A DNA stretch of 36,314 nucleotides from Nemertoderma westbladi (taxonomy: Eukaryota > Animalia > Xenacoelomorpha), in assembly GCA_032718475.1 (NCBI GenBank), contig JAUCBJ010009111.1:1-36314 (forward strand). Direction: 5' to 3'. How positions within the stretch are numbered: position 1 is the stretch's first letter; each line of letters begins with the position of its first letter. Shown one piece after another: positions 9,361 through 20,943 of this stretch. Made by a program: the position numbers and the translations under genes. The notes beneath the pieces are model-generated. The model worked only from the letters and a program-made list of their open reading frames with translations. It searched no databases and had not been told where the DNA came from.

Positions 9361-11922
9361 AGGCAACGCCAAGGCCCGTTTGGGTTAAAATGACCCATTA
9401 TAGTTTTACTCATAATAATTGTGCAAAGTCGAATTATGTAAACACGTCAATTTTCCAAGTCAGGGCGATGCTTAATCAACATTGAAAAGTCAATTCATCT
9501 GTTTGTATGTCTGATTGTATGTCGGTGCGTGTGTGTGTATGTGTAATTTGGAAACATATGGAAATATTGTCCATGAACCATATTTCCTGTATGGAACGTC
9601 TTAATTAGGCCCTACAAACTGCAAAGTGTAGGCCTAGTCAGTGGTAATGTAGCGATAGGTCCAAATCGGTCCTAATTCTCAATGAAATTATTCCTAACTC
9701 TCGCGTTTAAGTTTTGGTTCCTTTCAACTCGTCTATGTAACCTGCTACTTTACTAACCTGTCTGGTTATGTAGGCAGACTGGACTTACTGACGGAATGGC
9801 ACGGCGACGGCCCTAACGGGGACGGCTGCCAGGACCTAAAAGCTACAGTAACGCTTTCAAATAACGTCCTATTGGATCCTAATTGATACTATTGGAAATA
9901 AATAACCTTTAGAAAATCACTTGGAATTTGCCTAATGTAAGTCTACCTAGAGTGGCTAAATATCAAAGCTTAGAAGTATCTGTCAATCAACCTCCCGGGA
10001 TAGCTGAAAGTAGTAAAGAGAGCCGCTTTGTCTAGTGGTTGAGTTGTATTTCCCTTCCCCTGACTTGTCTTACAACAACAATACTCCCCATAGGCTAATG
10101 TTAAATATGCAAAGAACACACTACTGGCTTTAACTCAACATCTGGACACATTAACTACCATATGGTAAAGGTATCGCCGCTTGTGTAAAATAGGCCCGCC
10201 AACACGTTGAGTGAGCTTCAACAAGAAGTGGGCTGCTAAGGCGTAATCTGATTTTATTCGGATGTCAAACTTTTAATAATTTTATTTAAATTATTGTGCG
10301 AACTTTTTAGATCTGACAATTTTACCATTTCCATGGTAAAATAAATATAATTTATAATTAATAATAATATCAATATGCCAAGAGGTTAAGTTTGTAGAAC
10401 TAATAAATGAAAATAAACTAATATTTGTTCTATTAATAATTACACAAATATTGTGTTTTACTGTGGTTTACTATAAATACAGTGTGTGATCCTAAATTTA
10501 TTTGTAAGTTCAATACGATTTCAAATTATTCCAGAGCCTACCAGCCCACGGCACGTTAACTATGTGCGGATGTGTGTGGATTTCATCTATTAGAGTTTAT
10601 ATTTTAAATATTATTTACGTCAGACTGTCAGAGGCTGGCAATACAAGGTACAGTAGGAGTGTAATCTTCCATCGACAACCATACCTCAATTTAATGAACT
10701 GAACACTACGCAAACTTTATGCTGAGTCTAGTCCATTCTATACAACTTAATGATTGACAGGATAGAGATGAAGTGGACCAGCACAAGCATAGTCTTGTCA
10801 GTCCACCTTCCAGACATCAAAGTAAGCGCCGATTTCCAATTAAGTTCCTAATGAAATCCAAGTAAAATCCTAAGTGCCTCCAAGTCTGGAATTTGGGCTA
10901 AATTTCATTTACAATTAAATCCTAACTCCTATAGTAGTGAATCAGTGACTTGGATCCTAATAGGATCCTATTAGGATCCTATTAGGATCCAATACGACAT
11001 TATTTGAAAGCGGTACTGTACCAGGCCACCAGGACCTAAAGCTACCGGGACTGGCTGACTCGTATCTGGCTGTCTGGCTATAATAGCCATAAATATATCA
11101 TCTAGCTATCTAGGCCTACCGCCTATTGGCAACCAGTAGTCATTCTGTCTGTCATTAGCCTATAGGCCTATAAATTAATAAATTGGGCTAATATATAAAA
11201 GTTGTGCTTGAAATGGAAACATTTTTGAGAATCTCTTTTGTGGACAATATGTAGCCGGCTGGCAGCCTGGTTGCGTTAAGTCCACACAACTGTATACTTT
11301 AGGCAGTTACTGAGTTAGGTCAGTAGCAGTAAGTCATCAGGTCACATAGCGTTTAGGTCCCATAGCTTTAGGTCCTCGGTTTGTGTCACTCGCTTCGCTC
11401 ATTAATCAATAAATCAATCACTAAATAGTCTGAGTAGTTACGTGAATGATATTATGAAACTCATCTTATACACAGGCTTGTTCAGGTGGAGTTGTCAACA
11501 TTTCTATGTACGTACATACAATAGTACACTGTACAGTAACGCGTACAGATTGTACCAGATACCGTCAGTATCGTAACAGTACAGATTGGCGCGGTACTCT
11601 TTCAAATTTTACCTGGCGTGGGCGATTTTCATAATTCAGTAGCCGGTAATGGGTCTGGACCTGGTGCACTACATACAGTACATATCTGATCAAAATGAGA
11701 AACTCTCGTTTCATTGTGTCACTCGCTACGCTCGTTATTGAAACCAAATCGGATGTAAATAGCATAAGTAACTGGGCCGTAAGTTGCAAATCAGTTTCCA
11801 CACTGATAATGCCTCACTTTTGGTCATTTTGAATGATATATTTATCAATAATATACTGTACTGTGGGTCAATTTGACCCAAACGGTCCTTGGTGTAACCT
11901 GAATCAAACGGTCTTTGGTGGG
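9361..11922. mobile_element. Non-autonomous TIR DNA transposon relic (piggyBac-like or Kolobok-like)
   Basis: 9361-9397 AGGCAACGCCAAGGCCCGTTTGGGTTAAAATGACCCA is an imperfect inverted repeat of 11864-11900. A second partial end GTCTTTGGTGGG-TTAA lies at about 11911-11926. No transposase. Confidence 0.6.
9846..11018. mobile_element. Tc1/mariner-type non-autonomous element (MITE), nested
   Basis: TA|CAGTAACGCTTTCAAATAACGTCCTATTGGATCCTAAT ... ATTAGGATCCAATACGACATTATTTGAAAGCGGTACTG|TA: about 38-bp TIRs, TA target duplication, subterminal TAGGATCCTA repeats. Confidence 0.85.
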
Positions 11923-12261
11923 TTAATGAAGACACACATCTTTAAAGTTAAACTACATTATGGATGAACGCTAATGGAGATTATTTTTTTCCATCAATTA
12001 TTTAATTATTTAACGAGCAATTTCTTGAATTTTATTACACATTTTGTAAATAGGTAATACTGTACATTGTAATAGCCTCAATTATTTTATTAGTATTGTT
12101 TTGTTTTGGTCTGTTTTATTTGAGTGATGATACTGTATGTGTCTTGTTTTTTAACTATCGCATACTGCGCCTTTGAACAGAACGTAAAAGTGAAGTTGGG
12201 CCTCGGCAAAAGATAAAGATAAATAATAGATGTTTTATATATCGATGTCGTTGCCTTTCGT

Positions 12262-14746
12262 CAGCCTCAGCCCAATCCAACTGCTCCTCCCTATACCACC
12301 CGCTGTGGCGCCAACTCCACCTTTCTACCAGCCTCAGCCCAATCCAACTGCTCCTCCCTATGCCACACGCAGTGGCTCCAGCTCCACTTTTCCATCAGCC
12401 TCAGCCCAATCCAACTGCTCCTCCCTATAACACCCGCTCTGGCTCAGCTCCACCCTTCCACCAGCCTCAGCCCAATCCAACTGATCCTCTCTATACCACC
12501 CGCTGTGGCTCCAGTTCCACCCTTCCACCAGACTCAGCCCTATCCAACTGCTCCTCCCTAGAACACCCGCTGTGGCTCAGCTCTACCCTTCCACCAGCCT
12601 CAGCCCAATCCAACTGATTCTTCCTATACCACCCGCTGTAGCTCCAGTTCCACCCTTCCACCAGCCTCAGCCCTATCCAATTGCTCCTCCCTATAACACC
12701 CGCTGTTGCTCAGCTCCACCCTTCCACCAGCCTCAGCCCAATCCAACTGATCCTCCCTACCACCAGCTGTAGCTACAGCTCCACCCTTCCACCAGCCGCA
12801 GCCCAATCCAACTGCCCCTCCCTATAACACCCGCTGTGGCTCAGCTCCACGCTTCCACCAGCCTCAGCCCTATCCAACTGCTCCTCCCTATAACACCCGC
12901 TGTGGCTCAGCTCTACCCTTCCACCAGCCTCAGCCCAATCCAACTGATTCTTCCTATACCACCCGCTGTAGCTCCAGCTCCACCAGCCTCAGCCCTATTC
13001 AACTGCTCCTCCCTATACCACCCGCTGTGGATCCAGCTCCACCATTCCACCAGCCACAGCCCAATCCAACTGATCCTCCCTATACCACCCGCTGTAGCTC
13101 CAGCTCCACCCTTCCACCAGCCTCAGCCCTATCCAACTGCTCCTCCCTATACCACCCGCTGTGGATCCAGCTCCACCCTTCCACCAGCCTCAGCCCAATC
13201 CAACTGATCCTCCCTATACCACCCGCTGTAGCTCCAGCTCCACCCTTCCACCAGCCTCAGCCCTATCCAATTGCTTCTCCCTATAACACCCGCTGTTGCT
13301 CAGCTCCACCCTTCCACCAGCCTCAGCCCAATCCAACTGATCCTCCCTACCACCAGCTGTAGCTACAGCCCCACCCTTCCACCAGCCGCAGCCCAAAACA
13401 ACTGCTCCTCCCTATAACACCCGCTGTGGCTCAGCTCCACCCTTCCACCAGCCTCAGCCCTATCCAACTGCTCCTCCCTATACCACCCGCTGTGGATCCA
13501 GCTCCACCCTTTCACCAGCCTCAGCCCTATCCAACTGTTCCTCCCAATACCACCCACTGTGGATCCAGCTCCACCCTTCCACCAGCCTCAGCCCAATCCA
13601 ACTGATCCTCCCTACCACCAGCTGTAGCTACAGCTCCACCCTTCCACCAGCCGCAGCCCAAAACAACTGCTCCTCCCTATAACACCCGCTGTGGCTCCAG
13701 CTCCACCATTCTACCAGCCTCAGCCCAATCCAACTGCTCCTCCCTATAACACCCGCTGTGGCTCCAGCTCCACCCTTCCACCAGCCTCAGCCCAATCCAA
13801 CTGCTCCTCCCTATAACACCCGCTGTGGCTCCAGCTCCACCATTCTACCAGCCTCAGCCCAATCCAACTGCTCCTCCCTATGCCACACGTAGTGGCGCCA
13901 GCTCCACTTTTCCATCAGCCTCAGCCCAATCCAACTGCTCCTCCCTATAACACCCGCTGTGGCTCAGCTCCACCCTTCCACCAGCCTCAGCCCAATCCAA
14001 GTAATCCTATCTATACCACCCGCTGTGGCTCCAGCTCCACCCTTCCACCAGCCTCAGCCCAATCCAACTGATCCTCCCTACCACCAGCAGTAGCTATAGC
14101 TCCACCCTTCCACCAGCCGCAGCCCAATCCAACTGCTCCTCCTTATACCACCCGCTGTGGCGCCAGCTCCACCTTTCCACCAGCCTCAGCCCAATCCAAC
14201 TGCTCCTCCCTATAACACCCGCTGTGGCTCCAGCTCCACCCTTCCACCAGCCTCAGCCCAATCCAACTGCTCCTCCCTATAACACCCGCTATGGCTCCAG
14301 CTCCACCATTCTACCAGCCTCAGCCCAATCCAACTGCTCCTCCCTATGCCACACGCAGTGGCGCCAGCTCCACTTTTCCATCAGCCTCAGCCCAATCCAA
14401 CTGCTCCTCCCTATAACACCCGCTATGGCTCCAGCTCCACCCTTCCACCAGCCTCAGCCCAATCCAACTGATCCTCCCTACCACCAGCTGTAGCTACAGC
14501 CCCACCCTTCCACCAGCCGCAGCCCAAAACAACTGCTCCTCCCTATAACACCCGCTGTGGCTCAGCTCCACCCTTCCACCAGCCTCAGCCCTATCCAACT
14601 GCTCCTCCCTATACCACCCGCTGTGGATCCAGCTCCACCCTTCCACCAGCCTCAGCCCTATCCAACTGTTCCTCCCAATACCACCCGCTGTGGATCCAGC
14701 TCCACCCTTCCACCAGCCTCAGCCCAATCCAACTGATCCTCCCTAC
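12262..14746. repeat. 65-67-bp C-rich satellite, array A
   Basis: Unit CCAGCCTCAGCCCAATCCAACTGCTCCTCCCTATACCACCCGCTGTGGCTCCAGCTCCACCCTTCCA. Confidence 0.97.
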
Positions 14747-15413
14747 AGCTGGAGAGAGGGACAAGGGTTCATCAGCTGAAGAGAAGGACAAGGGTTCAAC
14801 ACCCGGAGAGAAGGACAAGGGTTCATCAGCTGGAGAGAAGGACAAGGGTTCATCACCCGGAGAGAAGGACAAGGGTTCATCAGCTGGAGAGACGGACAAG
14901 GGTTCATCAGCGGGAGAGAAGGACAAGGGTTCATCAGCTGGAGAGAAGGACAGGGGTTCATCAGCTGGAGAGAAGGACACGAGTTCATCAGCTGGAGAGA
15001 ATGACAAGACTTCATCAGCTGAAGAGAATGACAAGGCTTCATCAGCTGGAGAGAGGGACAAGGGTTCATCAGCTGGAGAGAAGGACAAGGGTTCATCAGC
15101 GGGAGAGAAGGACAAGGGTTCATCAGCTGGAGAGAAGGACAGGGGTTCATCAGCTGGAGAGAGGGACAAGGGTTCATCAGCTGAAGAGAAGGACAAGGGT
15201 TCATCACCCGGAGAGAAGGACAAGGGTTCATCAGCTGGAGAGAAGGACAGGGGTTCATCAGCTGGAGAGAAGGACAGGGGTTCATCAGCTGGAGAGAGGG
15301 ACAAGGGTTCATCAGCTGGAGAGAAGGACAAGGGTTCATCAGCTGAAGAGAAGGACAAGGGTTCATCAGCTGAAGAGAAGGACAAGGGTTCATCACCCGG
15401 AGAGAAGGACAAG
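14747..15413. repeat. 27-bp purine-rich minisatellite, about 25 copies
   Basis: Unit TTCATCAGCTGGAGAGAAGGACAAGGG; substitution variants only. Confidence 0.95.
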
Positions 15414-15544
15414 ATATTCAGATCTTCAAACAAATTGAAATCAACAAGATGACAATTAAAAAAAACGATACCTGCGATTCTTACTAAATTAAAACAAATT
15501 TCTTAGCAGTTATTTATTTATTTGGTAGGAATAATAATGCAGAT

Positions 15545-15567
15545 GGGGGGGGGGGGGGGGGGGGGGG
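15545..15567. repeat. poly-G tract (23 G); a second G run lies near 15857-15868
   Basis: Direct inspection. Confidence 0.9.
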
Positions 15568-15704
15568 TTGGTGAGCTGTTTTCTCACGCCATTGCAATAG
15601 TATATCAACATTAATGTTAATTATTTATAGTTAACATTAACACCAGCCATTACCTGTCTGTATGGTATTTATGTGAGTGAGTGAATGATAGCATTGCTAA
15701 ACAC

Positions 15705-15797
15705 TAGGGATGCAACAGAGCTAAAATTTTATCCGGAGCCGGATGTTTATCCAGGTTACAATATGAGGTCCGGCCGGAGTCGGAGCCGGAGATTTGG
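15705..15797. mobile_element. Possible single end of a hAT-like MITE
   Basis: TAGGGATGCA terminus followed by CCGGA/GCCGG subterminal repeats; partner TIR not found. Confidence 0.3.
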
Positions 15798-17565
15798 GGA
15801 TTGATAATTCCAATTTAATTTTAGAGTAGAAGCACACAGATATGAGTTCATGAGACGGGGGGGGGGGGTTGACGCAAATTCTTTCTTGGCGAATTAATTA
15901 TTCGCCTCAATGTTAAATTATTAATTAAGGGAAATGAGCCGTTTACAGTGGCATGTTATTCTATAACCAAAACAATAAACTAAATTTAATAGAACAGTTT
16001 GATTACAGTTTTATTTTTAGGAGTAATCAGCTGTTATTTGTGTCGATTTCCCGAAATATTGTTATTGCATAAATAAATCGATGGTGTTTTATCAAAACGA
16101 CTCAAATGTCATTTTTGTCAAAATAGAGTTTTAGTGTTTTTTGGCATATTTAGACTTCTACGAATCTTCTATTAAAGTATTAGTATTCGAATTATCGTTA
16201 AAGTATTCGAATTGTAACTACTATAAGTACTTCTTTACATGACTGTTTTTTCAGATTTCAGATTAAATAAATATTTTACATTTTTAATTGACATTTAATA
16301 GAATACCGGTAATTGTGTTTGTTCAAACAATGCACTGTATTGGTCATGAAGTCCAGGTTTTATGGAGCCGAAAGTGATGGATAGGAGGAAAGATAGTTAG
16401 CAGTTCATGAAAAGACTGTCTCGGACAGATTTCACTGATTGTTTTGTTCGTATGCCTAACATATTAATAGATATGTCGTTATGAAAAATCATACGTCCTT
16501 CCATTTCTACTTCCGTTGTTTGAACGTTGTAACCTTGCGCTTCCAAGGTTAAGCTGTTCTCCATAGAAACCGATTTTATTTGTGGTTATAGCAATAATAA
16601 ATAATAATAATTATTATTTTATTTAATTCAACCAGGAAGGTAGAATTATCTAAAATGGAATGAAAGGTAAAAGGTAAAGGTAAATTACACTTAGTATATC
16701 AGTAATACAGATTTTAAAAGTAACCGAAGTGCTTAAATGGCACAGTTGTTATGTAATCTGTATTATTTTGGGACACGTAATGTAAGGGATCTGGGACGGG
16801 CACATTAATATTTTTAAACCTGTTACATAATAATATAATTTAATAACAAACCATATTAATTTCACAGTTTTTAATGGTTGCGGTTCATAATTCTATTATT
16901 TTGGCTCATAATTTTATAATTATTGTGGCCTCCAGCCCGGTTGCCCATTCTCAGCCAATTCTGGCTCAGCCACGGAGAATGGAGGTTAAACTGTCTCTGT
17001 TTCAAATATATCAATAATTTATGGCTGAGTTAGTTTTCGTGCTGTGGTCCCTTTCTGGCACCCATCAAAATTATTTTTCGCGCGGGGGTGGTAAATTAGC
17101 GCCAACGTCTCAAAACAAAAATGTATAATATGGTTGTTTATCCCACATTAAATGCAACTCCAATCAATTAATGTACCGCAATGGAGTAGCGAATGGCAAC
17201 ATCTATTACCTTAAGAGAATTATTGCTTGGCTTCGGGGCAACACGGAGGGGTAATCAATACACCGTTAATGCCAATCTAATTAACGGCCGACTTATTCTC
17301 GGGTTGGTTGTATTAATATTAGCATGTTTGTGGATTTGTTTATTTTTTTGTAATTATTTTCAAATTTTATCAAAATTATCGTTTTAACCGGTTTTTTTAT
17401 GTTGTATATTTTTATTTATAAAGTACGGCTCTACCTCGAGTGGGAATATTGAGTTACTTTATATAAATTTGCTAGTGTTAGACGTAGAATGAAATAAAAT
17501 GTTTCTTCGTTATTAATTCGACGTACTATATTCTCTGAGTATGCCGAAAGCTATAGCCATCCTTG

Positions 17566-17611
17566 GTCGCCATGGTTACCAATAAACCACACGTGGTATT
17601 ACCATAGAAAC
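17566..17611. promoter_or_regulatory. RFX X-box-like motifs at the 5' end of the TEX36-like frame
   Basis: GTCGCCATGGTTAC (17566-17579) and ATTACCATAGAAAC (17598-17611), plus GTTCTCCATAGAAAC at 16556-16570, resemble GTTNCCATGGNAAC typical of ciliary gene promoters. Confidence 0.35.
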
Positions 17612-18248
17612 GAGGCGCCACCATTGGCAATCCGAGAGAACACGACTGCAGGGGAAATGATGACAGATATCTACCGACACTCTGGCAACAATAATGTTCT
17701 AGAACTTTCGCAAAGCCGCGACGCTTCTACCTACAGAATACCGCCGGATTTCCTAAACAAATCGAGAATATAAAACTGGAAACCCTTTTTCTTTCCACGA
17801 CAACCGACACCAGATGCGCGACTACGGGGTTTATTTCGACGAGAAGTTTGGGAAGTTTAAATCCTACGGAGATAAGCGGCAGCATCTGTCTGCGAACCAC
17901 ATCGAGTGGGTGAGTGACACAGCTGGGCGAGGTACCCGGCCCTACACGTCGGTTTACCGGAGGAGTTTCAACCGAGTCTCGTCTGTAACCCCGGATACTA
18001 CCGCGGGGATATCGCTTGATATCCCTCCTGTATTCCGGGCCGCCACCTCGGAATCATTCCGAACCCACTCCCGCTTCCCCCGTGTCTACCCGAACCCCGT
18101 AGTCAGGGCGACTGATCGCTCGGAATATATCCGGGTTGGTATGACAGCCCCTGATTCCGGTTCATTTAGGACTCCTCTTCGCTCCCTCGCTTTGGCACAG
18201 GAACCGTTCCAGAAACACAATAACTGGCGATATTCAAACAGCCGTTAA
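17591..18248 (+). pseudogene. TEX36: TEX36-like (HDNR-motif) protein, intronless, with a frameshift at about 17757-17771
   Basis: One frame reads TWYYHRNE...MMTDIY...RIPPDFLN. The next reads REYKTGNPFSFHDNRHQMRDYGVYFDEKFG...DKRQHLSANHIEW...HSRFPRVY, matching TEX36 motifs as I recall them (PFSxHDNRH, DKRQHxS, RFPRxY). AATAAA at about 18281. Confidence 0.75.
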
Positions 18249-18926
18249 AATATAATAGGGTTTATTTGATATTATTAGGTAATAAAGAATTTTAATTTAC
18301 AATTAATTTGTTTAATTATATCAGCTGATTTTGAAAAGTCCAAATTTTGCTCTCGGAACTCCTCCGACGTTCTCAAAATGTTTCTATAAAATCTATTAGG
18401 TAATATTAGGCAGACAACAACTGATACGGATGTTGAAGTATTTAAGGCAACACTTATGAGTTATGGTGCACCTTAGCTAAGGTTGATTTATATGCAACCG
18501 GCCCCTCCTGGTCTAACAGCAAGTTAAGTAAATAAAGTTAAGTTATTGCAACTATAATTTATTAATATATTGTAAATATTAACCAAACATAAACCAATAA
18601 CCCATAACCATCACACATATAAACTGGTAACATATAGCAGAATAGCCAAGATTCAGTCTCTTCTAAAACTTATTGGGAATTCAAACTGCAAAATAAATAA
18701 TAAAAACGTTAAAGTAAATAATTTTATAGTAAAAAACGATATTTATTCCGGAACTTATTATTATTAATCAGGAACTTTTCACCCAAATATATTATTATAT
18801 TTTAATATTTTTTATTATTATTTTTTTACATTATATTAATATTATTTGTAATTAAATATAAAAGTTAGTTTCCAACGCAACTCTATTGTAATTATTTAGT
18901 AATTTTATATAAAACTTACAGTTTTA

Positions 18927-19559
18927 CTAAATCCAAATCTTCATTTCAACTCGAGAAGCCGGATTCCATCCAGTAAAATCATACCAATGAGGTCCTCTCC
19001 AATCCCCCGCACCATATTCTCCGTTCAAGTTACTCCACGTGCAGCTCTCGTACCACCACGACCCAGTACTTTCTACGGCGCAGTTGCCGGAGTCCCACCT
19101 GTCATTATCGCGGTCTTTGGTGGTGAATTGGAAACCGTTGTTCCACTTCAATTCGTCACCAGCAGTACCATGGTAACCGGATACATGTAGGGTGTAATTA
19201 ATTGCAGCTGATCCGATAGAGAAGTTGTTGTATTCCGCGTATTTGTGTTCGTTGTTGTAATCCACCGTCTCCTTTCTATCATCACCATCACCACCTTTAT
19301 GTCCCCTTCCAGTGTACCACAAATCGACCCTCAACTTCACCCCGCCTTTACTTAGCTTGTGGATCGCCTCCAACCCCAACCAAAAGTTGGTATTCGGGTC
19401 GCCAAATCCTTCAACATATTCATCCCAGTTTCGATAGAAGTCAACAGATCCATCAACTCTTTGCTAAATCTTTACTCCATCATTTTTCTTTAGGATAGGC
19501 GCAATTAGCTTATAATTAAATAGTTTTAACTCTGTAAACTGGTCTTCCAACTCTTTAAC
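18927..19559 (-). CDS. FReD gene exon 6: end of coiled coil + fibrinogen C-terminal domain (contains in-frame TAG)
   Basis: Acceptor TTTCCTAACAG|GTT; VKELEDQF...GVKI*QRVDGSVDF is in frame with ORF 19379-18927. Confidence 0.88.
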
Positions 19560-20086
19560 CTGTTAGGAAATATTATTAATTAAAATTGTTTATTAAATTC
19601 TGTAAATCCTCTGCACACATCTGATCAGTGGTTGGGTTTGAGTTCTCTAGGGAAATCATTAAACGGCGGCATTTCGACCCAACATTTAGAGCAATTAAAT
19701 ACTAACTATATTACGTCGTTGCTCATAAAATAGCACATTATAGCGTTACGGCACGAGTGATTTTGTTTAGTGAAATAATAGAACGAGGGCCGTAAAAGAT
19801 TTATTTGTGGGGAATTATTCGTAGTTTTGCACTTAAACTTTCTAGAACAACCTAATAATGACGCGGTGACATACTGGATATACTGAAATACATAGTAATG
19901 TATGGCGTAGGGACATACTGAGAAATAATGTCGCACTGCGATATAAAGTTAGGAAATATGTCGCCCTGGCGATTTGGTAGTGCGAAATTAATTCCACACA
20001 AATAAATAAAAACATAATAATAAAACAGAAGGACTTCAACACGGCAAATAATTATGTTACAAATAATTACTGGTTAAGAAACTAAC

Positions 20087-20212
20087 ATCGTTATTTAGCT
20101 CATTATTTACATCGACTTGGTTAGTTAGGTTTGTATTTAAATCTTTTACTTGGTCACTCAACTGTGTAATATTTCCCTCCAACTCTGTATTCTGTTGTTC
20201 CAAATCTGTAAC
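20087..20212 (-). CDS. FReD gene exon 5, 42-aa coiled-coil repeat
   Basis: CAG|VTDLEQQNTELEGNITQLSDQVKDLNTNLTNQVDVNNELNND|GTTAGT. Confidence 0.8.
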
Positions 20213-20334
20213 CTGTTAGGAAATATTTTTATAATTTTTTATTACTTCAACTCACTTACAATATTTATGAAGTCGTATGAAGTTAAATTTAGCAAATATT
20301 TATGTTACAAATAATTACTGGTTAAGAAACTAAC

Positions 20335-20451
20335 ATCGTTATTTAGCTCATCGACTTGGTTAATTAGGTTTGTAAGTATATCTTTTACTTGGTCACTCAA
20401 CTGTGTAATATTTCCCTCCAACTCTGTATTCTGTTGTTCCAAATCTGTAAC
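20335..20451 (-). CDS. FReD gene exon 4, 39-aa coiled-coil repeat
   Basis: Paralogous to exons 3 and 5 with an in-frame 9-nt deletion; same splice sites. Confidence 0.78.
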
Positions 20452-20573
20452 CTGTTAGGAAATATTTTTATAATTTTTTATTAATTCAACTCGCTTACAA
20501 TATCTATGAAATCGTATGAAGTTAAATTTAACAAATAATTATGTTACAAATAATTACTGGTTAAGAAACTAAC

Positions 20574-20699
20574 ATCGGTCTTTAGCTCATTATTTACATC
20601 GACTTGGTTAGTTAGCTTTGTATTTAAACCTTTTACTTGCTCATTCAACCGTGTAATATTTCCTTCCAACTCTGTATTCTGTTCTTCCAACTCTGTAAC
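20574..20699 (-). CDS. FReD gene exon 3, 42-aa coiled-coil repeat
   Basis: CAG|VTELEEQNTELEGNITRLNEQVKGLNTKLTNQVDVNNELKTD|GTTAGT. Confidence 0.8.
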
Positions 20700-20727
20700 C
20701 TGTTAGGAAATATTATTATAACTTTTA

Positions 20728-20943
20728 AGAAATCGTCACCGTAGTAATCATAATTGAGTTGAGATAATGTCTGGGAGAACTCAGGTGACCAAAAAAGAAA
20801 GGGTAACAACAGTTACGAGCTTTCACCCAACAGGGCTTCTCTAGCCATTCATCAAGCCCTGTCGGGTGAAAGCTCGTAACTGTTGTTACCCTTTCTTTTT
20901 TGGTCACCTGAGGTCTCCCAGACATTATCTCAACTCAATTATT
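20728..20943. mobile_element. Intronic insertion with a long inverted repeat (Penelope-like terminal fragment or MITE)
   Basis: 89-bp arms 20750-20838 and 20854-20942 with 2 mismatches and a 15-nt loop; flanked by direct repeat TTATAACTTTTA (20716-20727, 20944-20955). Confidence 0.75.

Larger units (their letters stand above)
7671..14746. repeat. Segmental duplication copy A (direct repeat of 22925 onward)
   Basis: GACAGCAGAGGAAATAG at 7671 and 22925; identical ORFs at offset 16494 (11565/28059, 11735/28229, 13880/30374). Confidence 0.95.

Noticed and set aside
11565-11935. Identical 78-aa and 66-aa ORFs in both copies
   Set aside because: Identity reflects the recent duplication; they lie in a transposon relic and show no domain.
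12230-14493. Many Pro-rich ORFs (also 28724-36123, up to 464 aa)
   Set aside because: Translations of the 65-67-bp satellite; the frame cycles every unit and overlapping ORFs occur in several frames.
12262-15413. CRISPR array
   Set aside because: Head-to-tail repeats with no unique spacers, no cas genes, and a eukaryotic context.
18440-18506. MITE-like end ...ATGCAACCGGCCCCT
   Set aside because: No convincing partner inverted repeat found in the window.
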